IMG/VR virus record: IMGVR_UViG_3300047095_000752
Coordinates: 1 to 64,000 of that record
Length of the DNA stretch: 64,000 bases
Strand: one strand, 5' to 3'
Numbering within the stretch: the stretch's first letter is position 1; every line of letters starts with the position of its first letter. Position numbers and translations under genes: made by a program. Below the pieces are notes generated by a model that searched no databases, was not told the DNA's origin, and saw nothing but the letters and a program-made list of their open reading frames with translations. Below, in pieces: positions 37,773 to 48,497 of this stretch.

Positions 37773-39593
37773 TTAAAGGTCTGCCATCATGTCTATGAAG
37801 TCCATTATATCTTCTTCTTTATCATTATCATAGTCATTTCCAATAATTATATCAAATGCGTCATCTGTAAAATCTTTTTCTGCATTTTTTGGTTTTAATG
37901 CGTATTGCATTTGATTATATTCTTGAGTCGTTATTCCGTATTTATAATGATCTGGATATGTATTTGTAACGTCCATACTCATGGCTGCAGCAAATTCATC
38001 AGCGTCTTCGTTGCCGGGGCTTCGTAGATAATCTACCATACTTTGCCCCTTCTTTAAGTTACCTAAAATATCTTGATATGATTCCGGTGAATATTTTCGA
38101 ACATAAAAACAAAATGCGAAGGCCATGACTAAGTCGTCTGTGTTACCAACGGACGCCTGAACTTTACCATTCTTGTTAGTTAGGGCTAACAATTCAGATG
38201 CCAGTCTAGGCGATTTAATTAGATCTAAGTTACTTTTAACATGATCATACATAGATTCAATTATAAGTGGGCGTGTCTTTGAAGAAGTTGTTATCCCGGC
38301 TACAAACTTCATTCTCTTTTTAGTGCCTACCCCAGTCATGCGAGTTTCACCATAAATATTAAAATTGGAGTCATCATTATTTAATATATTCAGAATCGCC
38401 AATCCAAACCCACCTGTATTTTCAATTATAAGAAGGTTATTGGGAAACATTATGGCGATGTCTTTTACAATTTGTGTGAATTTTAATATTTCTAATTTAC
38501 CTACATATTCTGCGATTTGTTCACAAGTTTCAAAATCAATTACCTGAATAACGCTATTATCGGATCCGTTTTCACTTGCGATATCAACTCCGATTAAATA
38601 AAACTTAGTAACATCGAAATTGAATTTAAATAGGGTTAGTCGCCCACCATCCATATAATCGATTACTTTTGTGGCTGGGTCCGGCTCTGAGTTCATAAGA
38701 TTATTTAAAGCGATCTGAACTTCATCCGACCAGAAAGATCCATCACTAGAAATAAATGCCATCTCCATTTCTTGCTGAATTCGTTTTGGATCATTATCCA
38801 TAGCATCACATTGGATCTTGTACCACGCATCGTCAAGCCCCGGTATATCGCGCCAGTGGATCTTGCATGCTTTATATGCAGATTTCTCGGTTTTAGCTTT
38901 TGACCATTGTTTATAGTACCATTCGCCGCGACCGCGCATTCCGTTGGGTGTTGAAATTATGAAATTACCATATGGGATATTATTATCGGCTGCATATTTC
39001 TGTGCTATCGATGTGGCGGGCGTTAAGGCTGTAAAGGCAGTATCGATATGGTCAATGAAAGCCGTTTCATCGATGATTAAACAGACTATACTGTTACCCC
39101 GCAAGATCCCTTCCGGCTTTTGTTGGGAGACGGCTTGACTGATCAATTTAGATCCGGTAGTTTTTAATGTAAATGATTGTTGATTTCTTTCAGCATAATC
39201 CCAACCTGCAGGTCTTAAGAAATCCTGTGGGATCACGTCAAGAATGTCTAAAACTTTTTTGTTATAGGAGCTTGATTCCGGTCCGGATCTACTAACTACA
39301 CCGATTACATAGTTATCTTGAAATAATACAAGCCAGGCGCATAGTGCTTGTGTTGTGAACGATGCACCTGTTTGTCTTGACTTATTCAGTATCAAAAAAT
39401 GATGATCCATGAAAGTTTGGACAATATGTTTTTGTGGCTCATATAAAGTTACATGCGCATAGCCCCCAACAGTCGGTGCTAAAACGCAGTTCTCTATGAA
39501 GAAATTTGGATCTTCTTTGCACCGGATGTAGAAGTATGCTTTTTCTTCATTGCTCATCGCGTTATATTCTTCGTTTGAATTTTTATATCTCAT
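37773..39593 (-). CDS. Terminase large subunit
   Basis: LYEPQ, KSRQTGAS, IIDETAF, ISTPNG, GVDIA..G.D.S and DDLVMA (T4 gp17-like). Confidence 0.93.
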   Translation of the reverse strand: MRYKNSNEEYNAMSNEEKAYFYIRCKEDPNFFIENCVLAPTVGGYAHVTLYEPQKHIVQTFMDHHFLILNKSRQTGASFTTQALCAWLVLFQDNYVIGVVSRSGPESSSYNKKVLDILDVIPQDFLRPAGWDYAERNQQSFTLKTTGSKLISQAVSQQKPEGILRGNSIVCLIIDETAFIDHIDTAFTALTPATSIAQKYAADNNIPYGNFIISTPNGMRGRGEWYYKQWSKAKTEKSAYKACKIHWRDIPGLDDAWYKIQCDAMDNDPKRIQQEMEMAFISSDGSFWSDEVQIALNNLMNSEPDPATKVIDYMDGGRLTLFKFNFDVTKFYLIGVDIASENGSDNSVIQVIDFETCEQIAEYVGKLEILKFTQIVKDIAIMFPNNLLIIENTGGFGLAILNILNNDDSNFNIYGETRMTGVGTKKRMKFVAGITTSSKTRPLIIESMYDHVKSNLDLIKSPRLASELLALTNKNGKVQASVGNTDDLVMAFAFCFYVRKYSPESYQDILGNLKKGQSMVDYLRSPGNEDADEFAAAMSMDVTNTYPDHYKYGITTQEYNQMQYALKPKNAEKDFTDDAFDIIIGNDYDNDKEEDIMDFIDMMADL

Positions 39594-40584
39594 TTTTAAG
39601 TCTCTCTATTTCATCTAAGTATCCATTTTCTTTCATGTATAGATTGAATTTATTTTTGTTATATTTATGCCACTTATTTCGATTACGAGATCGATCCATT
39701 AGTTGTAGATTTGATATTTGGTTTACAACATTTTCTCGCAGATACATGTGTACATTTTCATTTTCTATTAGATTATTTTCTTCTAAAAATGTAACAAAGG
39801 CGGCCACTGGGTATATATGATCGACCCCGTATCGACTCGGATCTGAAATCCAGTTATTATAATTCTTATCTATATTTAAATGTTTATTGATAAAATTATG
39901 TGTACCTGTAGATTTCCGTAACATTAAAAATAAATGTTTATTTGAATTCCAACGTGGGTGTTCAGGTCCCCTGTTCCTAGATAACCAACATTCTCTGCAT
40001 CGTTTATTTTTGTTTACAAAATTATCATAATTGGACCACAATATGTGATCATCTTTACATTTAATTTTCAAAGGGGATCTAACATTTAGATTGGCGTTTT
40101 TATATTCGACCTCAGATGTCAATAATGTGAACCCATCGACTTCGATTTTTAATTTTATATCCGAGTACATTTTCTTAAAATTCAAACTACATTCATAACA
40201 GCCTCGTCGCCTGAGTTGGTTATATGATTTTACCACTTTATGACCTATTGGGCAGAACATGGATATCTTTTTCATAGTATTTAGATTTTTTTCATCCCAT
40301 TCGATTTCAGATGTGTTTAGTTTATATCCCATATTTTCTATATCATTGCGTATGGTTTCATACGATTTAGTTTTATTTTTAGCACACTCACCACATCGCC
40401 TACCATGATTTTTAAAATTATGAAAATTCATTTTTATATTATGATCTTTAGGACAGATCATAGGAAATTTATCTATGACTTTAATGTTTTGTTTTACAAA
40501 TTCTTCCTCGGTTATATCTAAAATATACCCAGAACCTTCAACATAATTTTTAATGTCTTCATAACTAGTTCTTTTCATATCCAA
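39583..40584 (-). mobile_element. Zn-repeat HNH endonuclease (putative homing endonuclease)
   Basis: Three C.x2.H...RC.xC repeats; C-terminal YGVDHIYP...NLQ...N..K. Confidence 0.7.
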
Positions 40585-40615
40585 AATCTCTTTTTAAAAT
40601 ATATATAGTCAACTT

Positions 40616-40777
40616 TCAATAATCATCCGAATCGCCATAAGATTGTACTTCAAGTCTATCTGTAGTGCTTTTCAATTCCTTCAACTCCGACTCCAATGTA
40701 TTTATTTTTGTAGTTAATTTGGCTACTTCATTTTGAAGTTCTGTGAATGCGATTGACGCCGAAAGGGTGTATTGCAT
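40616..40777 (-). CDS. 53-aa coiled-coil peptide (absent from the ORF track)
   Basis: MQYTLSASIAFTELQNEVAKLTTKINTLESELKELKSTTDRLEVQSYGDSDDY. Confidence 0.5.
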   Translation of the reverse strand: MQYTLSASIAFTELQNEVAKLTTKINTLESELKELKSTTDRLEVQSYGDSDDY

Positions 40778-40848
40778 GATCTAAATCCAGTTTAAAGTTA
40801 AAGTTGAACAAAAAAAGAAAGGGAGTGTATAAACTCCCAGTTAAAATA

Positions 40849-42738
40849 TCACGTTATATAACTTACACACGATTTATATTTAAAGTTTACTCCGAATGTG
40901 TATATATCAGTTCCGTTATTTATATTATACGATCCCACATCCATATATTCTATTACAAATAATTTTCGAGAATAGTAATCAAACGGTTGTGAAAAGTTTC
41001 TTCTAATGTGATTGGGTGGATTGTATAATATACGAATAAATACTTTAGTTAATGTAAGTGAAATTCGTCTAAACGTATTTGAAAGTTTTTTATAAACTGG
41101 ATCTGAATTACTATAAATAATTGTAAATGCTAATGATGTAGGTGAGTATTCCATCAGCAGCATCGCTCCAAGTATTCTATTCTTTTTAGATTTACACCGA
41201 CGACCAATCGCTTTTGCTGGGGTCTAAATGTAGTATATAGAGTATATATTTCAGAGTCGTGCCGTTGGTACTCACCAGTATATGCTGGAATTCCGAATCT
41301 ATATAAAATAGAATTTAGTATTGCACTTAAATTTTGAATTTCTTTTAATATAAGACTGTAAAGTTTATTACTCGAATAAAAGTTTATTAATATATAGTGT
41401 AATTGTATCATGGTCGATAATACCTAAATGTATATGTGCTGGATGGATTTAGGTGACCACTATAATATGATATATAATTATTCAATACAAATTGTTGGAA
41501 GTGCTTTATTACATTATCAGTATAAAGTATAAATGTTAAGTTCATTGGTTGGTTATTTCTTCCCCAATGGTGAACTATTTGCGGAGTTTTAGTTATACAA
41601 TTAATCAAATATACAATAGAATTTGCTACGTTATATAAAGATGAGTCTACGTCATATGCGCCCCTGACTGCTTGTAATTTAAAACTCAATTTAAAACACC
41701 TTTGAAGTTGAAGTTTTATGTATTGAATTATTTCTTTGAGCGATTATTGCGGCGTGCTTTCTTTTGCATCTTTGCATTTTGTTTATACTTCTTGGAACGC
41801 TTGATGATGTCAGACCGTGTATGGCAGTTATACTTAAACGAATTATCAGGTTTATCTTCGGTTGGCGCTGGAGATGATGTAATACGTTCTTCTGTTGCTA
41901 ATTGTTTCGCGTATGGGACGAGAGAATTCGTTGCGTTTTTTGTTGTTTCTACCATTGTGTTTTAAACTCCGTTGTAGTAAAGTAATGCAATTTTCTTATT
42001 ATTGGTGTATTGTCCATCGTAATTTAAGATAATAGTATATCTAAAGTATGTGGTCATTAGTCTAAAATAAGTTGTGTAACCACCAACCATTCGTTTTCTA
42101 GCTTTTATTTGATATAACCTAACATGTATACCATAATGTACTCTGGACAGTATTCTTTCTATTATATTATACACGGTTATGACTAGATTCTGCAAATGTT
42201 CTTTGGAGTCCATTATACCATATCGACTATAATTGGTATAGCTAAATGCATTGGGCTATTAAAGCTTGAATCATTATACCACCCTTCAGTTATATACCAA
42301 CGTTGCTTTTTAAATTGTATGATATTGTAGTGGGTAGGGTGTTCGAACATAAATTTTTTTAATTCCGATGATATATTTTCAAATCTGGCGCGAATAAATA
42401 ATATTGTAATTGGATTGGAGTATAGTTTGAATATATTTTCTAATATGTATTTTATATTTCGTATTGCTTCCTTAAACTTAAAATCAATTTTTTGTTGAAA
42501 CTCTGACCACTTAGACATACGATCTTTTCGTCCTTCTTATTTCGAATAATGGTACGAATTTCCAATTGTCATAATATGATAAAGTATAACTATTATTACT
42601 CGGGTAGTTTGTATATGTTAGTGAACCAAATTCGAAATGATATCCCCATTTGTTATTTAAGTTGTATAACAAATTTAATATATCCTTCATTATGCTATAT
42701 ACTATCCTAATTTCAACTAAGGTTTGAGTAGCACTCAT
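40849..42738 (-). other. Second array of short hypothetical ORFs (40849-41163, 41154-41411, 41408-41689, 41728-41955, 41962-42213, 42213-42518, 42511-42738)
   Basis: 75-104 aa ORFs, mostly overlapping and Y/I/F-rich; 41728-41955 has a very basic C-terminus. Confidence 0.55.
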
Positions 42739-44654
42739 TAAGACTCCAAGCTTTCCCTAAAGCAAGTTACTTCGACGGAACATGAATAGTGACCAGTTTC
42801 TTCTCTGGATAATTTAAGGGCGGATGATCCTACTATATACTTCCCGCTATATTTTAGGTATTCAGTGATATGAGGGATCAATTCAACACATGCTCCAACT
42901 TTACATAATTTCTTTATAGGTAATTTATTACCATTTAATTTGAATGTGAAAGTAGAACATGAAGCAATATATGATGCTAACTTTGAAGTCATGTATGCAT
43001 CATCCGAATCGTCTTCACTTGAGTAGCCGGTTGTATTTGAAATAATCTTATTCTTTTTAGCTACCTCATTACATATAAGTGCGGGATTTTGTATGATCTT
43101 AAACCCTTTCGCTACATCATCGAGAGTTTTCTTAACCGTCTCTGTAAATTTATTTCTTGGTTTTTTAATTAATATATGTTCAAACCCAGCTTTCATCATA
43201 CTGGCATTTGTATTATTCTTAACCTTCAATGGGTTGTATGTGTAAAACTTATTATCACCTTCGATAGTCTTTTTCATGATTTCAGATGCATCTGCACCTA
43301 TCGCCAAGAAATCTACCGTATATAAAACTTCTTGTTCACTCGCTTTTGTTATATCCCAAATGTTAACACTATTTTCAAGATCACAAAATACCATCATGGG
43401 ACCTTTGAATAGACCGTACTTGTCATTAATGTGCCGAACACAACCAATGAATGAGCGTGGAGGTATAACAGCTTGTTTAATTTCAATTGGGTTACAATTA
43501 TTAAAATCTATGTTCTTTTTAATTTCGCCTGATGTTACATATTTATCGAACAGTGTGGATACCATATTAATCGGGGTATTTTTTCCACCAGATCCACCAT
43601 CGGCACCCTGTCCTGCGGGTTTGTTGTTTTTATTATTTAACTTTTTGGTTTGACCTGATATTTCATTAAAAGATCCATTACCGATTGTCCCTAATCCAAA
43701 CCCACTACCGGTGTCTATAGTCGTTTCCATTCCACCTATATCAGTCGGAGAACTCACTTGACTTCCATCGGCGTTATATGACGTTTTATACGGAGAATCT
43801 GTAACGGGGCCGCCGCCCGGATAACCAAATGTTGGATTGTCTTTTATAAATTGTTCCTGTCCCGGACTATAGCCGGTAGGTGCTGCGACTACGGGATCGG
43901 CTGTCGGCACACTGAATGTTGGGTTGTCTATTAAAAATTGTTCTTGCCCCGGACTATAGCCAGTAGACTTCGCCCCTGCTGTTGCTTTTTTAGGAGCGGT
44001 ACCGGGATATCCAAATGATGGATTATCTCTTATAAATTGTTCTTGACCCGGACTAAAACCGACCGGCGCGGGAGCGGGGGGAGGATCTGGGGTCGCCACT
44101 CTAAATGTCGGATTATCTATCAGAAATTGATCGTAGCCCGGTGGGTTCGGTGGTGCTATTGTAGTACCGACCGGTTTAAATCCACCGTTGACAGTTTCTG
44201 TTATTTTTTTCTGCTCTCCGGAATTGGATTTACTTTCTGTGAATAAAAAATTAACAGTTTTGGAAAATGCCAGATAAGGTTCTTTCATGAGTGCGATTAC
44301 ATTCACTGTATCTTCAAGTTGGTTCGTTTCATTGTTGGTGTCTGAATTCTTTTGAGATGACACTTTATTATCCATATGGACAACAATTAAATCGACTTCC
44401 GTAGTTTCTGTCGCTTGAGAATCTTCATTGGTTACAACGATTTGTATGCGAGCATCTTCTTGCCCATATAACTGTTCCAAAAAATAATCCTTAGATGATA
44501 ATAAAATCTTAATTAAAAATACAGGATATATCGTTTTAATCGAATTTATTATAATAATATTCTGGACACGCATGGTTAAGTCAATCTTTCCTATGAAAAA
44601 TTGAATAGTGTACTGTGGTCTAATTACACGAGTCGATGGTTTTGCCATATTCAT
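42738..44654 (-). CDS. Putative baseplate hub-like virion protein with an internal Pro/Gly repeat insertion
   Basis: Motif B promoter upstream; C-terminal YSGKYIV..S.L.L.R pattern resembles hub (gp27/gpD-like) proteins. Confidence 0.5.
   Translation of the reverse strand: MNMAKPSTRVIRPQYTIQFFIGKIDLTMRVQNIIIINSIKTIYPVFLIKILLSSKDYFLEQLYGQEDARIQIVVTNEDSQATETTEVDLIVVHMDNKVSSQKNSDTNNETNQLEDTVNVIALMKEPYLAFSKTVNFLFTESKSNSGEQKKITETVNGGFKPVGTTIAPPNPPGYDQFLIDNPTFRVATPDPPPAPAPVGFSPGQEQFIRDNPSFGYPGTAPKKATAGAKSTGYSPGQEQFLIDNPTFSVPTADPVVAAPTGYSPGQEQFIKDNPTFGYPGGGPVTDSPYKTSYNADGSQVSSPTDIGGMETTIDTGSGFGLGTIGNGSFNEISGQTKKLNNKNNKPAGQGADGGSGGKNTPINMVSTLFDKYVTSGEIKKNIDFNNCNPIEIKQAVIPPRSFIGCVRHINDKYGLFKGPMMVFCDLENSVNIWDITKASEQEVLYTVDFLAIGADASEIMKKTIEGDNKFYTYNPLKVKNNTNASMMKAGFEHILIKKPRNKFTETVKKTLDDVAKGFKIIQNPALICNEVAKKNKIISNTTGYSSEDDSDDAYMTSKLASYIASCSTFTFKLNGNKLPIKKLCKVGACVELIPHITEYLKYSGKYIVGSSALKLSREETGHYSCSVEVTCFRESLES
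43818..44145 (-). repeat. Four coding repeats PG(Q/Y)(E/D)QFxxDNP(T/S)F in an ABAB arrangement
   Basis: Visible in both protein and DNA (for example cccggactatagcc twice). Confidence 0.85.
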
Positions 44655-44662
44655 ATCCTTTT

Positions 44663-44678
44663 TTATATAAATTTGTCC
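44663..44678 (-). promoter_or_regulatory. Phage promoter motif B
   Basis: Minus strand GGACAAATTTATATAA. Confidence 0.65.
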
Positions 44679-44741
44679 TAAAAAATAGGGTTGGTGTATA
44701 ATCCAAACCCTTGCAAATGCTTATTTTATCTTAAATTTGTG

Positions 44742-45173
44742 TTATTTTAGGACTGATAAAACAATGGATCCTAAAGTACACGCAAGTGCTAGGATTGCAA
44801 AGAATGTTAATATAATCACGAACAATACACCCCATGTGATGGCATACACTATATCCCCTGTTAATCCGATAAAGTTAGCTGCTATTTTATCGGACAACTC
44901 GGATATAAACTCAATGGCTGACTCAAACGAATTTAATAATTTTGAGATCCAGCTAAATGTAAACCCTTCTGTGTGCGCCTTCTCTTCTTTGGTTGGTTCT
45001 TCCATTGGTTCATCTTCAATGAAAGTATACAGTGCTTCGTTTAGTTTTACAATATTTTCGTTTTCATCTATACACTTGGATATACCTTCCTTAATGGCTT
45101 CCCTCTCATCGGACGTGTATAAAGTACTTCCATCTTCACTATGGTATTCGAGGGGTTCTTCGGTTCCAAACAT
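44742..45173 (-). CDS. Membrane protein with a C-terminal hydrophobic region
   Basis: AGGAG RBS and a motif A copy upstream of MFGTEE; C-terminal TM segment. Confidence 0.6.
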   Translation of the reverse strand: MFGTEEPLEYHSEDGSTLYTSDEREAIKEGISKCIDENENIVKLNEALYTFIEDEPMEEPTKEEKAHTEGFTFSWISKLLNSFESAIEFISELSDKIAANFIGLTGDIVYAITWGVLFVIILTFFAILALACTLGSIVLSVLK

Positions 45174-45191
45174 GTATACATAGTCTCCTTT

Positions 45192-45211
45192 CAATATTAA
45201 ATATATATAGT
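45192..45211 (-). promoter_or_regulatory. Phage promoter motif A (variant)
   Basis: caatattaaatatatatagt. Confidence 0.6.
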
Positions 45212-45265
45212 ATTTACAAAAAAATAACTCACCGATAATCACGGTGAGTTACAAATATATTTTAA

Positions 45266-47140
45266 TTATGCTTTCGTTTTACTTATGTTTACCGTAAAGG
45301 TCGGGTACGGAATATCAACTTGGAACTTATCGCTCCGCCCATTGATGCACCATATTGTTTCCATATGTTTAAAGAACTCGTAGTTACCGCAGAGTTCTTC
45401 AACATCGGATTCATAGTCGGTAAAGAACATCACAGTGCTGAGAATATTGTTTTCAAACAAATCTTGAATTTGCTCAAACACTTCTCGGTGTGATGTGCCG
45501 CCGCGCCCTTTTATATTTTTTATCTTTTGAAAGATTTCGTCTTTTGACGTTGCTTCTTCAATTATGATAGTGTCCACAACTACATAGTCATGAACAAATA
45601 CATATATTTTATCGTACTTACCATGAGAATCACATATGATAGAAACTGCAGTATTCAAATCTTCGTCGGGCATTGAACCCGATGAGTCAATGGCTACACA
45701 TAACAATTCGGGGACCAATCGAGTTGGTGTACCCGGAATTGCTATATTCATTTCTTGCATTAAGTGACCCATGTATTTATTGTATGTCGCGAATGATTTT
45801 TCTTCTGATTTTTGAGTCTTGGTGGCAATGGCATTCTTCAGAAGATAATCCCAAGGATACTTCACTTCGAAGAACTTATCGAATAACGTTCCACCCTCAC
45901 CACCGCCAGTGCCTTTACTCAATACCGAAGATAAAGCTTGAGAGTAATTCTGATAGACGAAGGGTGCTTGCTCGCCTATCCCTTTACCACCGGATGAATT
46001 ATTACCCAAGTCATAAATCGATTCATAACTTTTATGTGATACTTTATCGTATACTTGAATGATGATTACCGTCAAAGTCGGCAGCGCATCCTCTGGGATT
46101 TCCTGAAGGTTTTGTTTGGTATCATCATATTCTTCTTCATCTTCGTCGGATTCGGTGTGAGCATCCGGATCTTCGGGTATATGTATCTTAGCATTTATGT
46201 CGGCTACTTTTGAATTTGTGATAAGTGAATCGATCATCGGATTTACATCATCGACATAATCCGGATCATTCTTATCGAAATCCGCAGCTTTATTAGATTT
46301 TGTGAATTTAGGATTTGAGGATTTTATATAATCATCATCAGTGATAGTAGCATCGTTTACGGCGGACTCAATGGCGTCAGACCCATCGAGTAGGAACTCC
46401 ATGTCGCCAGTTTCGATTGCCTTTTTCACTGCGTTCATTTCAATCGCTAATTTTTGACTAAAATCTTTTTGGGTCAGTATATCTTCAACCGTTATTGGTG
46501 GGGGTTGAAGTCCATTTTGTATGAACATTTGTGGTGGTAATAGTGGTATTTTAATTTTCTTTGCTGATATATCAAACTCATTATTAGTTTCAATTCTATA
46601 TGCTAGCGACTCTACAGATTCGAGAGTGTCTTTATCGTGATATCGGTCGATAAAGATTGACTCTTTTGGAAAATGCATTATGTTTGTCGATTTACTATTT
46701 TTATGAAGATCGTGTAATATACTGTTGACTGTATGATCCGCCGCTACGTTAAACACGAGTGCGGATTTCAAGTCTTCCGGTATTCTATCATTATGTCTGA
46801 ATATGTGGTGGATGATTTCATGTATGATTTTGAATAACAGTTTAAAGGCAAAGAACTCGTCGTTCAAGGCTTTTGGGTCTGCTATTATATTTAGGGTGTT
46901 ATCTTCTATGTATACCATACCCGAGACAAGTTCTTGGAGTTTGGTGGATATTTGTTTCATGTACGAGTTATCTACGAATACCAATTTTCGTTCGAGACCC
47001 ATATAGAAGTGTCCGAAGAACTTCAATTTGGATGCAGGATTTATCAATACAGCTTGGATTATCTCTAAATCTTCTTCATACTTTTTTACTAAATTCGAAG
47101 TAAGATCTAGACGTTCGAATTTCTCTAAATCGAATTTCAT
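45266..47140 (-). CDS. Metallopeptidase-like plus VWA domain protein (DUF2201-like)
   Basis: HEIIH..F.H..R, N.AAD..VN, DSSGSM, GRGGT and FFTD motifs. Confidence 0.85.
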   Translation of the reverse strand: MKFDLEKFERLDLTSNLVKKYEEDLEIIQAVLINPASKLKFFGHFYMGLERKLVFVDNSYMKQISTKLQELVSGMVYIEDNTLNIIADPKALNDEFFAFKLLFKIIHEIIHHIFRHNDRIPEDLKSALVFNVAADHTVNSILHDLHKNSKSTNIMHFPKESIFIDRYHDKDTLESVESLAYRIETNNEFDISAKKIKIPLLPPQMFIQNGLQPPPITVEDILTQKDFSQKLAIEMNAVKKAIETGDMEFLLDGSDAIESAVNDATITDDDYIKSSNPKFTKSNKAADFDKNDPDYVDDVNPMIDSLITNSKVADINAKIHIPEDPDAHTESDEDEEEYDDTKQNLQEIPEDALPTLTVIIIQVYDKVSHKSYESIYDLGNNSSGGKGIGEQAPFVYQNYSQALSSVLSKGTGGGEGGTLFDKFFEVKYPWDYLLKNAIATKTQKSEEKSFATYNKYMGHLMQEMNIAIPGTPTRLVPELLCVAIDSSGSMPDEDLNTAVSIICDSHGKYDKIYVFVHDYVVVDTIIIEEATSKDEIFQKIKNIKGRGGTSHREVFEQIQDLFENNILSTVMFFTDYESDVEELCGNYEFFKHMETIWCINGRSDKFQVDIPYPTFTVNISKTKA

Positions 47141-47147
47141 GTTATAT

Positions 47148-48497
47148 CTATTTGTTGTTGACTTTGTTGTATCGTTCGGAGAGATTGGAGACGGTGCGAG
47201 TCTTACCCGTCATATCTTGCGTGATGTAGTGAAGAATGCTGTTCGGGATGAGATTGTTGTTTGCCCACTGGCTGATGACATCGAACATGGTAACAGAATC
47301 CGCGCCAATTTGGACCCGGTTGTGTTTGGATGCCAGAGTCATGATTGCGAGTGACGCCAATTCCGTGAGACCGGATTCTTTATAATCCATAACAATCTTG
47401 GTGTAAATGTCGATGATGCGCTTGATTTCTTTGAGTTGCTTAATGTTATCTTGTTCCGAAGGCTTGGATACCTGTCGGGGATCATTATTCTTCTCGATGA
47501 AATCCATGATCTTGGACTTCACATATTCCGTGCAAGCGATGATAACGGGATAACGGTCAGCATTCGAACTGGAGCGAGGCATTTTCCCGCTCTTCTCGAA
47601 AATCTCAACGACCGGAACTTTGGAATATACAAGATAGAAATTGGTCAACTGGGCTGCTGCTTGGTGGGATACTGCACCTTCGGCGAGCGCGGTGAATATG
47701 TCGGTATTCTTGGACAGATCAATATAGTCCGAAATTGCAGTGAATGTGTTTGCAAGTCCTGCCCATGACCGGGGAGTACCATGGGGTGTGCTCGCTTCAG
47801 CTTCGAGAAAGAAGCCATCATTCGCGGAATTGCGGAGAAATGAAAGAACGATGGGATTCAGCCGGTTTGGCTCAGCATATTGGTTGATCCACTCATGGCG
47901 ATTCGGGCGGACATTGATAATCTGCATGCGATTCATGATTGCCGACATGGACTGCTTCGCGCCCGCAAGAGTGGATGCGTTACCAGCAGCACAGAAGCGA
48001 ACATTATTCGGCATCTTATATCCGTGAATCTTGTGATCTGTGAACAATTCGAAACCATAGGACTGAACACTGGCGGGTGCGAGGTGCCAATCGTCAAACA
48101 ATACGATGCTGAATTCATGGTCCTTGGAAAGCTGCTGAATCTGATAGAAAAGTTCAGGAGCAAGCCAATGTGTGTATTTATTCTTCACCTCCTCCCACGT
48201 ACCGTCTTCACGTTCGACCGATGTGAGTGAATCGCTGATGGTCGGGAGACCGGAAAGCTGCTCAATGGGAAGCAGACCAATCGTAACCGAAAATCCGCCG
48301 AATCCGTATTTCTTGAGTACATCCTTGAAGATAGAAGATTTACCGGTACCGGGCTGAGACACGATATACGGAATCAAATAGTCGTTGGTATTTTCCGTAA
48401 AGCGGCGGTGGGCAAGCTTAACCGCCATTTCAAATCCCATGTCGATGTAGATGGGGCTTTTCGGACGGGACAGTTCTTCAGTGGTTTTGGAAGCCAT
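47148..48497 (-). CDS. MoxR-like AAA+ ATPase
   Basis: QPGTGKS, LSGLP, LFDD, AAGN, MNR and TPRSW motifs; paired with the DUF2201-like gene. Confidence 0.85.
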   Translation of the reverse strand: MASKTTEELSRPKSPIYIDMGFEMAVKLAHRRFTENTNDYLIPYIVSQPGTGKSSIFKDVLKKYGFGGFSVTIGLLPIEQLSGLPTISDSLTSVEREDGTWEEVKNKYTHWLAPELFYQIQQLSKDHEFSIVLFDDWHLAPASVQSYGFELFTDHKIHGYKMPNNVRFCAAGNASTLAGAKQSMSAIMNRMQIINVRPNRHEWINQYAEPNRLNPIVLSFLRNSANDGFFLEAEASTPHGTPRSWAGLANTFTAISDYIDLSKNTDIFTALAEGAVSHQAAAQLTNFYLVYSKVPVVEIFEKSGKMPRSSSNADRYPVIIACTEYVKSKIMDFIEKNNDPRQVSKPSEQDNIKQLKEIKRIIDIYTKIVMDYKESGLTELASLAIMTLASKHNRVQIGADSVTMFDVISQWANNNLIPNSILHYITQDMTGKTRTVSNLSERYNKVNNK

